A stretch of DNA of 63,923 nt, the filler included, from Octopus bimaculoides (Eukaryota), in the NCBI RefSeq assembly GCF_001194135.2. It is 4 parts of 4 records of this genome, joined end to end, with 100 filler letters (N's around TTAATTAATTAA, not from the genome) between each part and the next. Parts side by side here need not be neighbours in the genome. Positions count along the whole stretch, not along the records: positions 1 to 25,967 come from NC_068994.1; 3 more parts are not named here. One strand, given 5' to 3'. The notes below the pieces were generated by a model, which saw only the letters and a program-made list of their open reading frames with translations, ran no database searches and had not been told where the DNA came from. The first letter of the stretch is position 1, and each line of letters starts with the position of its first letter. The position numbers and the translations under genes were made by a program. Positions 12,760 through 24,379 of this stretch are shown one piece after another.

Positions 12760-12908
12760 AAAAACATGTCTAGCCATACAGAAATATTACCTTGCTTGGA
12801 AACAAGTGAAGGCAGGTGACAGGAGAGGCATGGACAATCTGCCTCAATAAACTTCATAAGACTCCTGCATGCATGGTAAAGTGGACATTAAAAACAATGA
12901 TGATGATG
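12760..12908 (+). repeat. Family E repeat with RTE-type 3' tail
   Basis: aaaacatgtctagcc...ccttgcttggaaacaag...gcatgcatggtaaagtggacattaaaaacaatgatgatgatg. Confidence 0.6.
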
Positions 12909-13185
12909 TCATATATATATTTCTACTTATGTGAGTATCCTTATATACATATATATGTATGCATACATACATTCATGAATGTATATGTATAATACATATA
13001 TATGTGTGCATCAAACTAATACACTTGCTTGTTGTTTATACACCTGTCTTCGTCTTTTGTTTTACTATAAATTTCAACTATATATATATATACACACACA
13101 TACACATATATATTCACAGACATATATGTTGTGTGTGCATGTGTATGTATATGCTAACATATATGTGTGGGAAAAATGGTTAGCA

Positions 13186-13322
13186 GCATTCTGAGTTCAA
13201 ATTCCACCAAGATCAACTTCACCTTTCAGGAACAATAAAATAAGTATCAGTTGAACACTGGGATTGATGTAATCAACTTACCCAATTCCCTGGAATTGCT
13301 GGCCTTGTGCCAAAATTTGAAA
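13186..13322 (+). mobile_element. SINE family B copy
   Basis: ttctgagttcaaattccaccaagatcaactt...taagtatcagttgaacactgggattgatgtaatc...ggccttgtgcc. Confidence 0.7.
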
Positions 13323-13374
13323 CATATATATATACATGTATGTGTGTGTGTGTGTATGTGCATGTGTGCATATG

Positions 13375-13405
<31 letters not shown>

Positions 13406-13659
13406 CACACACACACACACACACACATACACTCATGTTTTGAGCTCTATTTTGTTTGAATATATCACCAAACCTAATATTCCCTCCTCAGTTGCTGACT
13501 TCCAACTACAAAGTTGAGCACTGGCATGGAGCAATATCCTTTCATAAGTTTCCTGATGAATACCCTGATGACACCAAGGAAACTGGACATTAAAAAGCTG
13601 ATAGAGAAAAAAAGGAACACCTAGTTAAGCACACACACCGGAAAATCTCTTTCTAAGAA

Positions 13660-14140
13660 AAAGGACCTCATGAGAATTTATGATAATAAATGTGGACTTA
13701 AAACAAGAAAATGCTCGCCACAGTTTAAAAGCTTTTGAAAATGATCTGCTGAAGCTGATAAGGAAGGTAAAGTTTAGAAAATTTTCCAACACCTTTCAGT
13801 ACACACTTATAAATGATCTGAAGCATTTTTGTGGTACTAGTAAACTGTATGTACTTCCAGACAAAACAAAATACCTAGGAGGCCTCATACTATTATCAAA
13901 ACATATAAAAAAAAAACTAATCCTAACACAGATTACAAAATAAATAACCAAGTGAAGCAATTAGTGCAAGTAAAATACATGATAGGGTTGAATGCTTAGC
14001 TCCCTGACCTTTTCCCAAAACTTGATAAAGATCACAAATTGAATTTTTTAGCTGACTCTAAATGTAAACTTATAAATCATACCAAAAGTGAATAAGGTAA
14101 TGTTAGTTAAGTTATCCTGGATTCAATTAATGATAAGATT
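13660..14140 (+). mobile_element. Penelope-like element fragment (region N-terminal to the RT core)
   Basis: AFENDLLKLIRKVKFRKFSNTFQ...LYVLPDKT, then CKLINHTKSE*GNVS (the CRLINPAKSEIG motif). Confidence 0.7.
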
Positions 14141-14189
14141 ATTCAATACATACATACATATATGTATGTGCATGTGTATATATGTATCG

Positions 14190-14480
14190 TCCTGGGTATG
14201 ACTTTAAACTGCATCCAGTAGTGGGACTCTGGTTCAGGGGTTGCAAGATTTTGAGGTATATGGAACTACCTCTAGGCCACTAATGTTCCCAGGTCTTCTC
14301 TGACCCTGAGTAGTAGCACCTGTCATAGTCCCAGCTATGGGTTAACTAGTATATGAGCACTAGAACATAGAAATACTTAGGGTGGTGTCAGAGGGCACGG
14401 TAAGCCTATATGGAGGAAGGGACTCTTGGTCTTTTGTAAGGCATCCCTCTAGGAGAAAGCTAATGTGTATATAAAACTCA
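14190..14480 (+). repeat. Unclassified interspersed repeat family D
   Basis: gtcccagctatgggttaactagtatatg and atgactttaaactgcatcc recur in reverse complement at about 27470-27780. Confidence 0.65.
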
Positions 14481-14634
14481 CTGCTCTACTGAGCTGGTTA
14501 TCTTGCACTTTGCTGCTCTCTGGGCTTCTTGGTATTGCTAGTCAGAGTTGTGGTGCTGGCAAGCCACACTCAACTTCAAGTTCTTGCATGGGTATTGGTG
14601 ACACGTCAGTGATGGTCATGGTCATCTAAAGAGT

Positions 14635-14709
14635 AGACAGCCATTTAGTTTAATGGTTAAAGCACTCAGCTGGTATCTGTGGGGTACAGGTTCGACCCCA
14701 TAGCTGTCT
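14635..14709 (+). pseudogene. tRNA-like relic (pseudogene or isolated SINE head)
   Basis: Perfect 7-bp terminal stem AGACAGC/GCTGTCT, a TAGTTTAATGGTTAAAGC D-arm/A box, an anticodon-like arm CTCAG-CTGGTAT-CTGTG and a GGTTCGACCC B box. The T-stem is broken and there are 4 extra nt after the acceptor stem. Confidence 0.4.
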
Positions 14710-15339
14710 TCTAACAACTTTTTTCCATTTTATATGGGTAAATACCTAATCTTTCTCTGCTGTTCTTACAACTTTACTGTATTCAAAGTTTACTTTCTTG
14801 TCTGCAATATATATATATGGGGGGGGGGGGTATGTATTTACATATACATAGCCATAGATACATATATTTACATACACACACACACACACACACATAGTTC
14901 AAGTATACCTCAACAGATGCTGCAGTATATGATTGTGGTCGCAACTTGATTCCTGGTTTCAACTAGACAACTAAACCACACAACTGAACTCAAGGGCTAT
15001 ACCTGAGAGTGATAATGTCAGTCCCTAATTACATAAAACCTGAAAGAGCAGAGAATGCAAATGAACAAAATAGGTCATTGGACTTGAATGTGTGGCAGTA
15101 GCAAATGTGATATGCCATAAGACAGGACATGTCAAGTCACAGAAGATGACTTTGGCCAGTTATTGTGAAAGAGATTGGGGCCCCCATTGTATTTTATCCC
15201 AAAGAAATGCCAATACTGAACCAAAGAAAAGCAGACCAGTAATACAAAGGAATCTGGGACCTCAGTAGATAATTTTGTTGAAAATTACATGGAAGTGACA
15301 CTTCATTAAGGGTGGTATATCTGAAATTTTGCAAGAGGG

Positions 15340-18020
15340 GTTTTAGATTAGGCACATGTATATTAGAACTTTGATTCAGAAAGGAAAGGTAGTTAACTTA
15401 ATCCAGGAAGGTGATGTCCTTAATACAGATTTCATGAGCATATCAGAAACAAAATGGGTAGGAGACAGCTATAACAAAAGTGAATATTATGATTTCCAAC
15501 ATGCAGATATAAAACATGAACATGGGATAGAAGTGCTGATGCATGAAAAATGAGAAAATTTGTACAAGGCCAGTTAATGAAAAATCAAGCAGAGTCTTTC
15601 AAAATAGCTATTTTACAAGTCTATACCCGACCCACAACAGCATACTCAGGAACAAGTGGAAGAGTTTTATCAAACAATCAACCCTGCACTAATATTTTAC
15701 TGACTATAGGAGACATCAAGGTTAAGTTAGACTCTGGAAAATAAACTTTTCTAACAGGAAATTATGAACTAGACAAAAGAAATGAGAGAGATACAATACT
15801 CACATGTCTTTGCAAAAGATACAAAATGTGTATTGCAAACATTATGTTTGATCTTCTGATAAGGAAAAGATACACTTGGAAAGCCCTCACAGTGTAGGAA
15901 GAAAGCAAATTGATTACATACTTGATAAGTAGCCAATTCTGCAACAATATCAAAAAGAGCAAAACATACCCAAGTGTGGACATCTTTTTTGGATCACAAC
16001 CTTGTTATTGCAAAAATCAGCATAAAGCTTGAAAATTGCATGGGCAAAGAAACCAGAGCAAAAAAGTTTTATGATATTGACTGTCTGAGATTAGAAGATG
16101 TGAAACAGATATACCACTGAAGTAAAAAAAAAACAAATATGAACTGGTCACGAACTGAAGGCTTGGAAAATGTCTTCAAGAAACACCCAATGAAAAAACT
16201 GATGTCAAATGGGAAAGTCTCAGAGACAGTGTGAAGTAGGGAATAGGTACATTACTAGAGGGAAAAAAACAGCAATGGATGGCTGGAGAAATTCTCTAAC
16301 AGAATGCAAAAAAGACAGAGAACACCAACCCCAAGAAACATAAATTCAATCATCAAAATTAAATATAGGAAAGAGAAAAAAATGGCAGAAAGGAAAATGT
16401 GTTGAAATCAAGACTCTTTAAAAAACCCAATTAAATGAATAAAAATATCAAATAAGTAATAGATAGTAAAACACAAAAGGGGGATATATTAAAAGCAAAG
16501 GAAAACTGTTTTTTGAAAATAAGGAGATCAGTAAAAGATGGACAGAATAAATAGGAGATTTATTTGAGGATGAAAAACCTGAAAAACCTTCACCTCCAAC
16601 CTTTTGAAGACTGAGAAAAGGTAAAGCTCCAGGACCACATACAGTAACATGTGAGATGTTAGAAGCACTAGAAGATTATGGCATTGACAAACTCACAGAC
16701 CTTTTCTTTTCTATGATATCTATGACACTGGACACTTCCCCTAAGATTTTAAAACATTGGTATTTATCACCCTACCTGAAAGAACTTAAGGCAAATGAGT
16801 GTTCTGACTCCAAGACTATAGGTCTCATACCCCATGCTCTTAAAATATTTCTTACAATCATGCTAGGAAAAATATGAAGCAAAATAAATGAAGTCAATAA
16901 GGAGCAAGTTGGATTTAGACTCAATAAAGGTACAAGAGGTTCCACATTCTGCTTCAGCAGTTAAGTACAAAAACAAATGCAAATTCAGAAAGATCTATTT
17001 GCCCACTTCATAGATTATGCCAAGGTATTTGACTGCATACACCACAGAGAGCTAAAAATAAAAACAGTTTTAAAGGAAAGGACACCAGAATCATCTGTGT
17101 GTTATATTGGAGCCAACAGACAGCCATCAAAATAGACCAGCAATTGTCAGAACCAGCAGAGATCAAAAGAGGTGTAAGACAAGGATGTGTATTATCACTA
17201 TTCCCATTGAATATTTGTACTGAGTATATACTCAAAGTCATATGAGATCAAAGGACTCACAGTCAATGACATGAACATAATCAATATAAGATATGCCAAT
17301 GACAGCATTATTTGGCAGAGAGCAATGAGATATTACTAGAAATTGATGCTGTAAAAAAGCAACACAATAAAAACGGTCTAAATATAGATGTAAAAAAAGA
17401 CAAAGACAATGGTTATTCACAAGACAGAACAAACAGAAGCTTGTATAAAGCTTGAGCAAATAAAAAAAGCTTGAAGCATCTAAGACAAACACCAAAGCCT
17501 CAAGCATCTAAGACAAATCAAAGGTTGCTATGTAGAAGTTACTCAATGAATAAATAAGGTCAAAACAAAAACTGAAGCTAGGAAAGTGTTATACCATGCC
17601 AACAATCCTTCAAGAGGCAGAAACTTGGGCAATGCACACAGCTATGAAGTAAAAAAATAGAAACCTTTGAAAAGTATATCTTTTGCAGATAAGGCAGGAT
17701 AAACTAGAAAGACAGGGTAACAAAGGCTGCAGTACTAGAAATGCTGAAAGTCCAAAGATATCTATTGTTGAGAATCAAGTCCACAAAGCTATCATATTTT
17801 GAACATACAATGCTCCAGGAGTGACTGTCTAAGATCACCCTGACAGGAAATGTTGAGGAGAAGAGAGTAAGAGGTCATCAAAGAAGTTTGTGAACTGACA
17901 ACATGAAATGATGGACAGCAAACAAGAGCCTGGTTGATTGTATGCATGCAACCCAGTACAGAGGGAACAGGAAAAACTTGGTAAGCTGATCTCTGGACAC
18001 AAGAAGAGCATCTGGATGTT
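15340..18020 (+). mobile_element. Near full-length, heavily degraded RTE-clade LINE (APE endonuclease plus RT)
   Basis: EN: YIRTLIQKGK...SISETKW. RT: GKAPGP, TIGLIPHALKIF, IDYAKVFDCI, RGVRQGCVLS, NNIRYAND. C-terminal AETW...TLTGNVEEKR. Many stops and frameshifts. Confidence 0.85.
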
Positions 18021-18234
18021 GGTTGATATATACATACATACATATATATATATATACACACACACACATATACATATATGTATATAAATAAATACACACA
18101 CATATATAAAAATATATAGAAATACATACATACAGGAGATGTGGATTCAAGTCCCATGGGCAGTTTTCAACCATTCTATCCCAAAAGGGTTTTATAACTG
18201 TGTGATGTATTTTGAGAACTATCATTCCAAAACA

Positions 18235-18265
<31 letters not shown>

Positions 18266-18590
18266 CTGTGTACACACATATGCTTAGGCATAGTAATACC
18301 AATAACCTGGTATTAGAACTCAATATACATATCCTTCAGAGAAAAACATTAGTCAAGTACAACATTTTCCCTTTCAAACTCAATACTACATTACATTTTC
18401 ACAAAGTCCTCTAAATAAATAAATGCTTTCCCAAATAAAATTGCACTTCATTTTTAAAGCTCTGATGAGTGCATTGCATATCATAGCAGAAACAGCTGTA
18501 AGTTAATGAAGTTCATTAAATAATTTCTTGTTTTCTTGTCTTTTATATAATGGCCCCAGCATATGAGCTGAAACTAGATAAAAAATGAAT

Positions 18591-18638
<48 letters not shown>

Positions 18639-18657
18639 ATATATATAGATACATATA

Positions 18658-18790
18658 CCTTCATCATCATTATAGTTTTTACGTCCACTTTCTCGTGCTT
18701 GCACAGGTTAAACAGATTGTATTGAAGTAGCTTTCCTATGGTTAGATGCCCTTCATGTTGCCAATCTTCATCTCTTCTCAGTTTAATAAT
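18658..18790 (-). repeat. Degenerate repeat with RTE-type tail
   Basis: catcatcattatagtttttacgtccactttctcgtgcttgcacagg...ggttagatgcccttc. Confidence 0.5.
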
Positions 18791-19419
18791 ATTTACACAC
18801 ACATACAAACCTACCCTTATACAGCTATATGTTGACCAATGCCTGGTGAATGAATTTTGGGAACTGGAAACACATTTATATAATAATATAGTCAATAATA
18901 TACATAGACTATAATATTATAAACTATAACATCAAATTATTTATACATTATAGTCTCATAGTAGCCAATATATTACCAAATGGTTTCATGCAAGTTCAGC
19001 ATTTATTAGATATAGCTGACTGGAAATGTATTGCCTTCACTACTTGTTACTTACAGCCTGAAAGTGTCACATCTGATTACAGCTCTTTTTGTCATCTGAA
19101 CCTTGGAATGCAGGTCATTAGTGAATTAAAAAAAAAATAATAAAAAGTCAAGAGGCATAACTCTGTTGGCCAAAATTAGCCACCCACTTTTTTTGTGTGG
19201 TTTTGGTTTGTGTTCTTTCAGCCATGATTTTTTTTTAACAACTCTAAACTGAATGTGATGCTTTTAGACCTTTGGTAGCAAAGAGCCAAGGCTCATACTT
19301 TTCAATTCAGCTGTATCTAGTGATTGCTGAACTTTCATCTCCTTTTATGGCATGAAACCATTACACATATGTATATATGTATGTGTGTGCATATGTATGT
19401 ATTTCCCTTATCTTAACAT

Positions 19420-19650
19420 GTGTACATTGACTGTAAGCAATGTGTCACCATTCATACAAACAATGTTGATTGTTTAGAATTCTCTGCAAATGCATATCTG
19501 GCCTGTTTGCTGTTTGTTGTACTAGGAAAAATATTACTTTGTTTGGAAACAAGAGTATCTAGCTGTAGAAATATGTGCTTCAACAACATTATCATTTGAC
19601 CCATGCAAGCATGGAAAAGCAGATGTTATAATGACGATGATGATGATGTG
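19420..19650 (+). repeat. Family E repeat with RTE-type 3' tail
   Basis: aatattactttgtttggaaacaag...acccatgcaagcatggaaaagcagatgttataatgacgatgatgatg. Confidence 0.6.
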
Positions 19651-20275
19651 TGTGTATTTAATGAAAAGAAAATGCTTGACCATCTTTGATTTCTTACAAG
19701 TTCATGTATATTTGTTGTTCTTTTTGTGTATGTATACTATACGGACTCCCATTCTAGATTGGCACCTTTTGTATCAACCCTGAAGGATGCACAGTAAAGC
19801 CAACCTAAGTGGAATAAAGTTTGAACCTAAAGGGACCTAACTAAATACTGTAAAGCACTTTGTCCAATGTTCTACCAATTCTGTTTTTCCAATGCCATTT
19901 TCTGCCTTTCTAATATTGATACAGATACATATGTAAGTGATGTATTTATATAAATATGTGTACATATGAATGTGATTGTATATAAACATTATATAATTGT
20001 GTTTACTCAATATTTTCTTGATTTAATTAAAATGAACAAAGGTGTGAGGAAATGGAGGAAATGCACTAGGTTAAGACTGAGATAAATACAGCCAAAGAGG
20101 CCTTTTGAGAAAAATATTTGATCTAAATATATAACTTTGTTTTGCCTCAGCTAAAAATAATGTTAACTTTTCTTTTTGATTTTTATCTTTTCCAGTTATT
20201 TCTGTTTTTCAGCTGCTCAGATTATTTTTGATGATTTTTAATTCACTTTATCAGTGGGAAAGTTCAATCTTTCAG

Positions 20276-21262
20276 TTAAAGTTGCTTGTACACAATGCCC
20301 CTCATAATATTTTGGTTATGGGGCTGGTGTTGATGATGTGGATTGGTGGTGGTGGTGGTGGTATGGCTTGTGTTGTTATTGTTGTTGGGGCCATTATTAG
20401 AAGTGGCATTATGTTGTGTGTGGTGGGGAGCAACATTTATTGCATTCATTCTTTCAACCAGGTGTGTTTTTTCATGGCATTTCAGCAGTGATTTATGAAC
20501 AAACTCTTTACCACAAACATCACAGCTCAATGGCATTTTACGGTTATTATTCTCATGGTTGCGGATATGAGTTTTCAAATTTCCTTTCTGGGAAAATCCA
20601 CGAGCACAGATAGGACATGAAAATGGTTTCTGACCATCATGAGACATTTTGTGAATCTTTAAATTGCTGATTTGAGAAAACGCTTTTTGACAAACATCAC
20701 ACGAGTAAGGCTTGTCTCCTGTGTGTGAACGCTCATGAATTTTAAGATTTCCTTTTTGAGAAAATGATTTGTGGCATGTTTCACATGTAAATGGCTTTTC
20801 ACCTGAATGAACTCGATGGTGATTTTTTAAGCTAGCAATTTGAGAGAAAGATTTATGGCATGTGACACATGTGTATGGTTTGTCACCAGTGTGACATCTT
20901 TGATGATGTTTCAAATTTCCACGTTGAGAAAAAGATTTCCAACAGAGTGGACATTTAAATGGCTTCTCACCAGTGTGAGTCATCATATGATGTTTTAGAT
21001 TCCCTTTCTGGGAAAATCCACGACTACATGTTAAACATGTATAGGGCCGTTCTCCTGTATGACATCGCTCATGACTACGCATGCTAGACACTTGTGCAAA
21101 GACTTTGTGGCAATATGAGCATGAATATGTCTTGTTGTCACTGTGTGTTTGTTGTTTATGTCTCTTCATTTGATCATAGAGGGGGAAGACAGCACCACAA
21201 GTTTCACATGTGAACTGACGACCAAGTGGATAGTTAGTTGAAGTACCTTGCATAGAATACAT
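20276..21262 (-). CDS. C2H2 (Kruppel-type) zinc-finger protein, 9 fingers, 328 aa, single coding exon
   Basis: Uninterrupted ORF with nine CxxC-x12-H-x3/4-H fingers and TGE(K/R)P(Y/F)-type linkers. The first in-frame ATG is at 21262-21260 (the track's 21280 start is TTG) and the stop TAA is at 20278-20276. The tail is N/T/H low-complexity. Confidence 0.95.
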   Translation of the reverse strand: MYSMQGTSTNYPLGRQFTCETCGAVFPLYDQMKRHKQQTHSDNKTYSCSYCHKVFAQVSSMRSHERCHTGERPYTCLTCSRGFSQKGNLKHHMMTHTGEKPFKCPLCWKSFSQRGNLKHHQRCHTGDKPYTCVTCHKSFSQIASLKNHHRVHSGEKPFTCETCHKSFSQKGNLKIHERSHTGDKPYSCDVCQKAFSQISNLKIHKMSHDGQKPFSCPICARGFSQKGNLKTHIRNHENNNRKMPLSCDVCGKEFVHKSLLKCHEKTHLVERMNAINVAPHHTQHNATSNNGPNNNNNTSHTTTTTTNPHHQHQPHNQNIMRGIVYKQL

Positions 21263-21375
21263 TTTTGGTATATGTTTCAAAACAAATATTTGAGCTTTTA
21301 AAATGAATATTTCAGAATGAACTAAGTTTACTTTTGTTTTATTTCAGTTTTCAACATTTCAACGTTTCAAAATCA

Positions 21376-21410
21376 CCTGAAAAATAAAAAGAAAAAGCAA
21401 CAATAAGATT
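21376..21410 (-). promoter_or_regulatory. 3' splice acceptor of the 5'-UTR intron of the zinc-finger gene
   Basis: Minus strand ttgttgctttttctttttatttttcAG|GTGATT: a long polypyrimidine tract, AG at 21378-21377, about 115 nt upstream of the ATG. Confidence 0.7.
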
Positions 21411-22639
21411 TATATAAAGGTAAGATAAATATAATTTCGAGAACCATTTAAAATTAAAATAAAATTTAAACATGAAACAGCAAGAAGCACAACTCTCTCT
21501 TCTTTCATATTTCAATGCTGCCATACAGTACAATGCCATTTCTTGTGGCCTGATGTGTTCTTGTTCTTGAGGTCCAACCCCAAAATTGTAAGATTCTTAT
21601 CTCAGTACTTCCTTCCTTTGGCACTTTCAGTACATACCACTTATACACCCAGAAGCAATTAATTAGTCAACAATTATGCTTATTGTTTATCTACTATAGT
21701 CATCTCTTCCAAGGTAACAGTCAGCATTACCTGGCAAATGCAAGCAGGTTGAGGTGAGGCTACTGCAGAACAGTGGCTAATTTGCACTGACAGAGATAAT
21801 GTCAAACCATTATATATTCAGTGTGTCAAGTAAATCCTACAAGATACAGACACCCCATGTCACATTGTCTAAATACTTCGATCCTAGAGGTATATGAAAA
21901 AGTTCTGTGAAGCTGGTGTGTCATACATGACTGGATTCCAAAAGTGACAATCACTGGCAGCCAGTCTACTGATTTGGTTGACAAGTAGACTTCATGATAT
22001 CATGTGTTCAACTATTACATGAGTTTGTACAGTATTGTGTTTGAACAGCTCTACAATTTTTATGATAACTAACAAATACAAGCAATGCACCTGCATCAAG
22101 TGTTGCATATACCAAGACCCATGAAATGCTTTGTCAGGTGAACATTCTTAAAGCTGAAATCAAATTTTTAGTACACATGTTTCATATATACTGTATGTTT
22201 TTATTTATTCACAGCACCTTACAAATTTTCCCAAAATTTTCACCTTCACAGGTCTGAGATTTTTAATAAATGGGAAACACAAATAACAATACTTTTTCTT
22301 TAGACATATATACATATTTACATACACACACACATAAATATATAGATGCATGTAAAAATATACATGCTTACATACATAATATATATACACACATTGTTCT
22401 AACCCCTTCCTAAACTCTTTAAACTGTTACATCACACAAATCAAGCAATTACCTAATGAACCCATTCTTGCTGATGAAAGAACTTAAATGAAACAAACAC
22501 TTCTATGTATACAGCTCCTTACAAGTATAATCATCAAAATTAACAAAAAAAAACAACGTTTTATTTTACATACAATGACATAAAGACTGAAGCCATCCTT
22601 CTAAGCATAAAGGATTGTGTGAATCACCTTGCTATGCCC

Positions 22640-23410
22640 TCCACCCCATATCATGCTTAAGTACCATAATCTCAATGTCTTTTCTAATTCTAAATGCAGG
22701 CTGATTAACCTCTCTAAGGGTGGAATAGGCATTGCTAAGTAAGTGTATTCTTGATGCCATCAACTTCAATATCAGCAGGAATACAAGGTTAGCTCAATAG
22801 GATTGCAGCACTGCAGTAATTGACTGATTCTGTGATATCAAGAATAAGCAACTTACAAAAAAATTCATCTAGTTCAATATCTCTTCAATATCAAAATTCC
22901 TCCTCCTGAAATCCCTAGACTTTTGTAGGCAATTACCAAGAATGAGTGACGTCAATATCAGAATCATCATGAATACCAGAGAGTCAACTGTGGTTCACAA
23001 TAATTCCTGCTGAATAAAGAAGAAAGGCAACCCAACGTTCAACACATCCATGGGGTGCAACAGTGAGGTTGAAGTTGCTGACATTGTCAGGTCATTTATC
23101 CTGGGTACTCTGACAAAGCATACCCTCATCTCACAGTTTGGCTCTATATAGGAATGATGATCTGGCAATCTGAAGCCATATGATTGGTCATGCTATGAAT
23201 AAGCTCAGGAAGAATTACAAACATCTTCATAGAATTTGGCGTAACTATAACATTTAGCACCAATTTGACAAAGGTAGACTTCCTGACATATCCCTAAACT
23301 TGAGGACAGGCAAGTACCAACCTTACAGAAAACCAATTCCAACCATCTCTCGATCTATCAGTGGACAGAAAAATCTCTAACAGGGAGGTATAATGAAGCA
23401 TTAGTGAGGA
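22640..23410 (+). mobile_element. Penelope-like element RT fragment
   Basis: CRLINLSKGGIG, FNTSMGCNSEVEVADIVRSFIL, GLYRNDDLAI (YRDD motif) and VDFL-DISLNLRTGKYQPYRKP, with frameshifts. Confidence 0.8.
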
Positions 23411-23429
23411 ATGGTTTTACCAATACGTT

Positions 23430-23481
<52 letters not shown>

Positions 23482-23885
23482 AGTATANNNNNNNNNNAAA
23501 AAAAAAGGGTTTTGTATGATTGTGTATAGAGGAATATATTATTTTATTTAAAAGAGTTCCAACTCTGTTTTTTATGTTTTATTTATATTCTTGTAAAATT
23601 AATGTGGGATATAGAATATGGAATATACAATATATAATATAAAAATAGATGGTACAATGAAATAAAGTATTGAATGTCTTATTGAATATATGGAATATGT
23701 CTTATTGTATATATGAAATACTGAGTGTTCAATATAAAGGATTAAATATATAAAGGCGAATACGTATTTTCTATACCTTGTGGTATTTCATCATGGCCGG
23801 TATGACAGACTTTAATATACATGCATACACACACCACATACACACACACACATGCATGTGCACACACATACACACACATGCATGT

Positions 23886-23926
<41 letters not shown>

Positions 23927-23959
23927 TAGATATATAAATATGGAAGACACCTCTTGAAC

Positions 23960-24190
23960 AGAATCAGAAAGAGGAAAATTTCCAGGGACCAAGATCTAGG
24001 ACACTGTGGGTCCTTTATTAGTCCACTTGCTCACACTACAGCATTTAATTGGAGGGAGCTAAGTTGGAAAGAGTTCCAGAATGTGGTCAGGAAGGCAAGA
24101 GCAGGTTTAACTCAAGGATCAAGTAGAGTACCTTACAAAGTGTATAACAATTGTCTAAGAGCTTTTTGCAGGCTCTGAAGAATTATCGTG
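23960..24190 (+). mobile_element. RLE-type non-LTR retrotransposon RT fragment, HERO-like
   Basis: DQDLGHCGSFISP...SWKEFQNVVRKARAGLTQGSSRVPYKVYNNC resembles the VRKARAGSAPGPSGVPYKVYKxC segment I recall from HERO elements. Confidence 0.6.
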
Positions 24191-24379
24191 TTCAATCCTT
24201 CAATCAATCAATCTAGAAGCTCCTTAACATAGCCTAGAAGTTACTTAACACAGCAAGGAGTTTCTAGACACTTATTAGAAAAACATTTCCTTTCAACTCA
24301 TAGTAATTATGAACTCTTCAATCCACACAATGTTATGGGCAGTTATTCATGCTTAGACAATATTGCTTTAAACATCATT

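Noticed and set aside
20228-20613. Plus-strand ORFs and acceptor-like pyrimidine tracts overlapping the zinc-finger gene end
   Set aside because: They are antisense shadows of the low-complexity tail and the A-rich 3' UTR.
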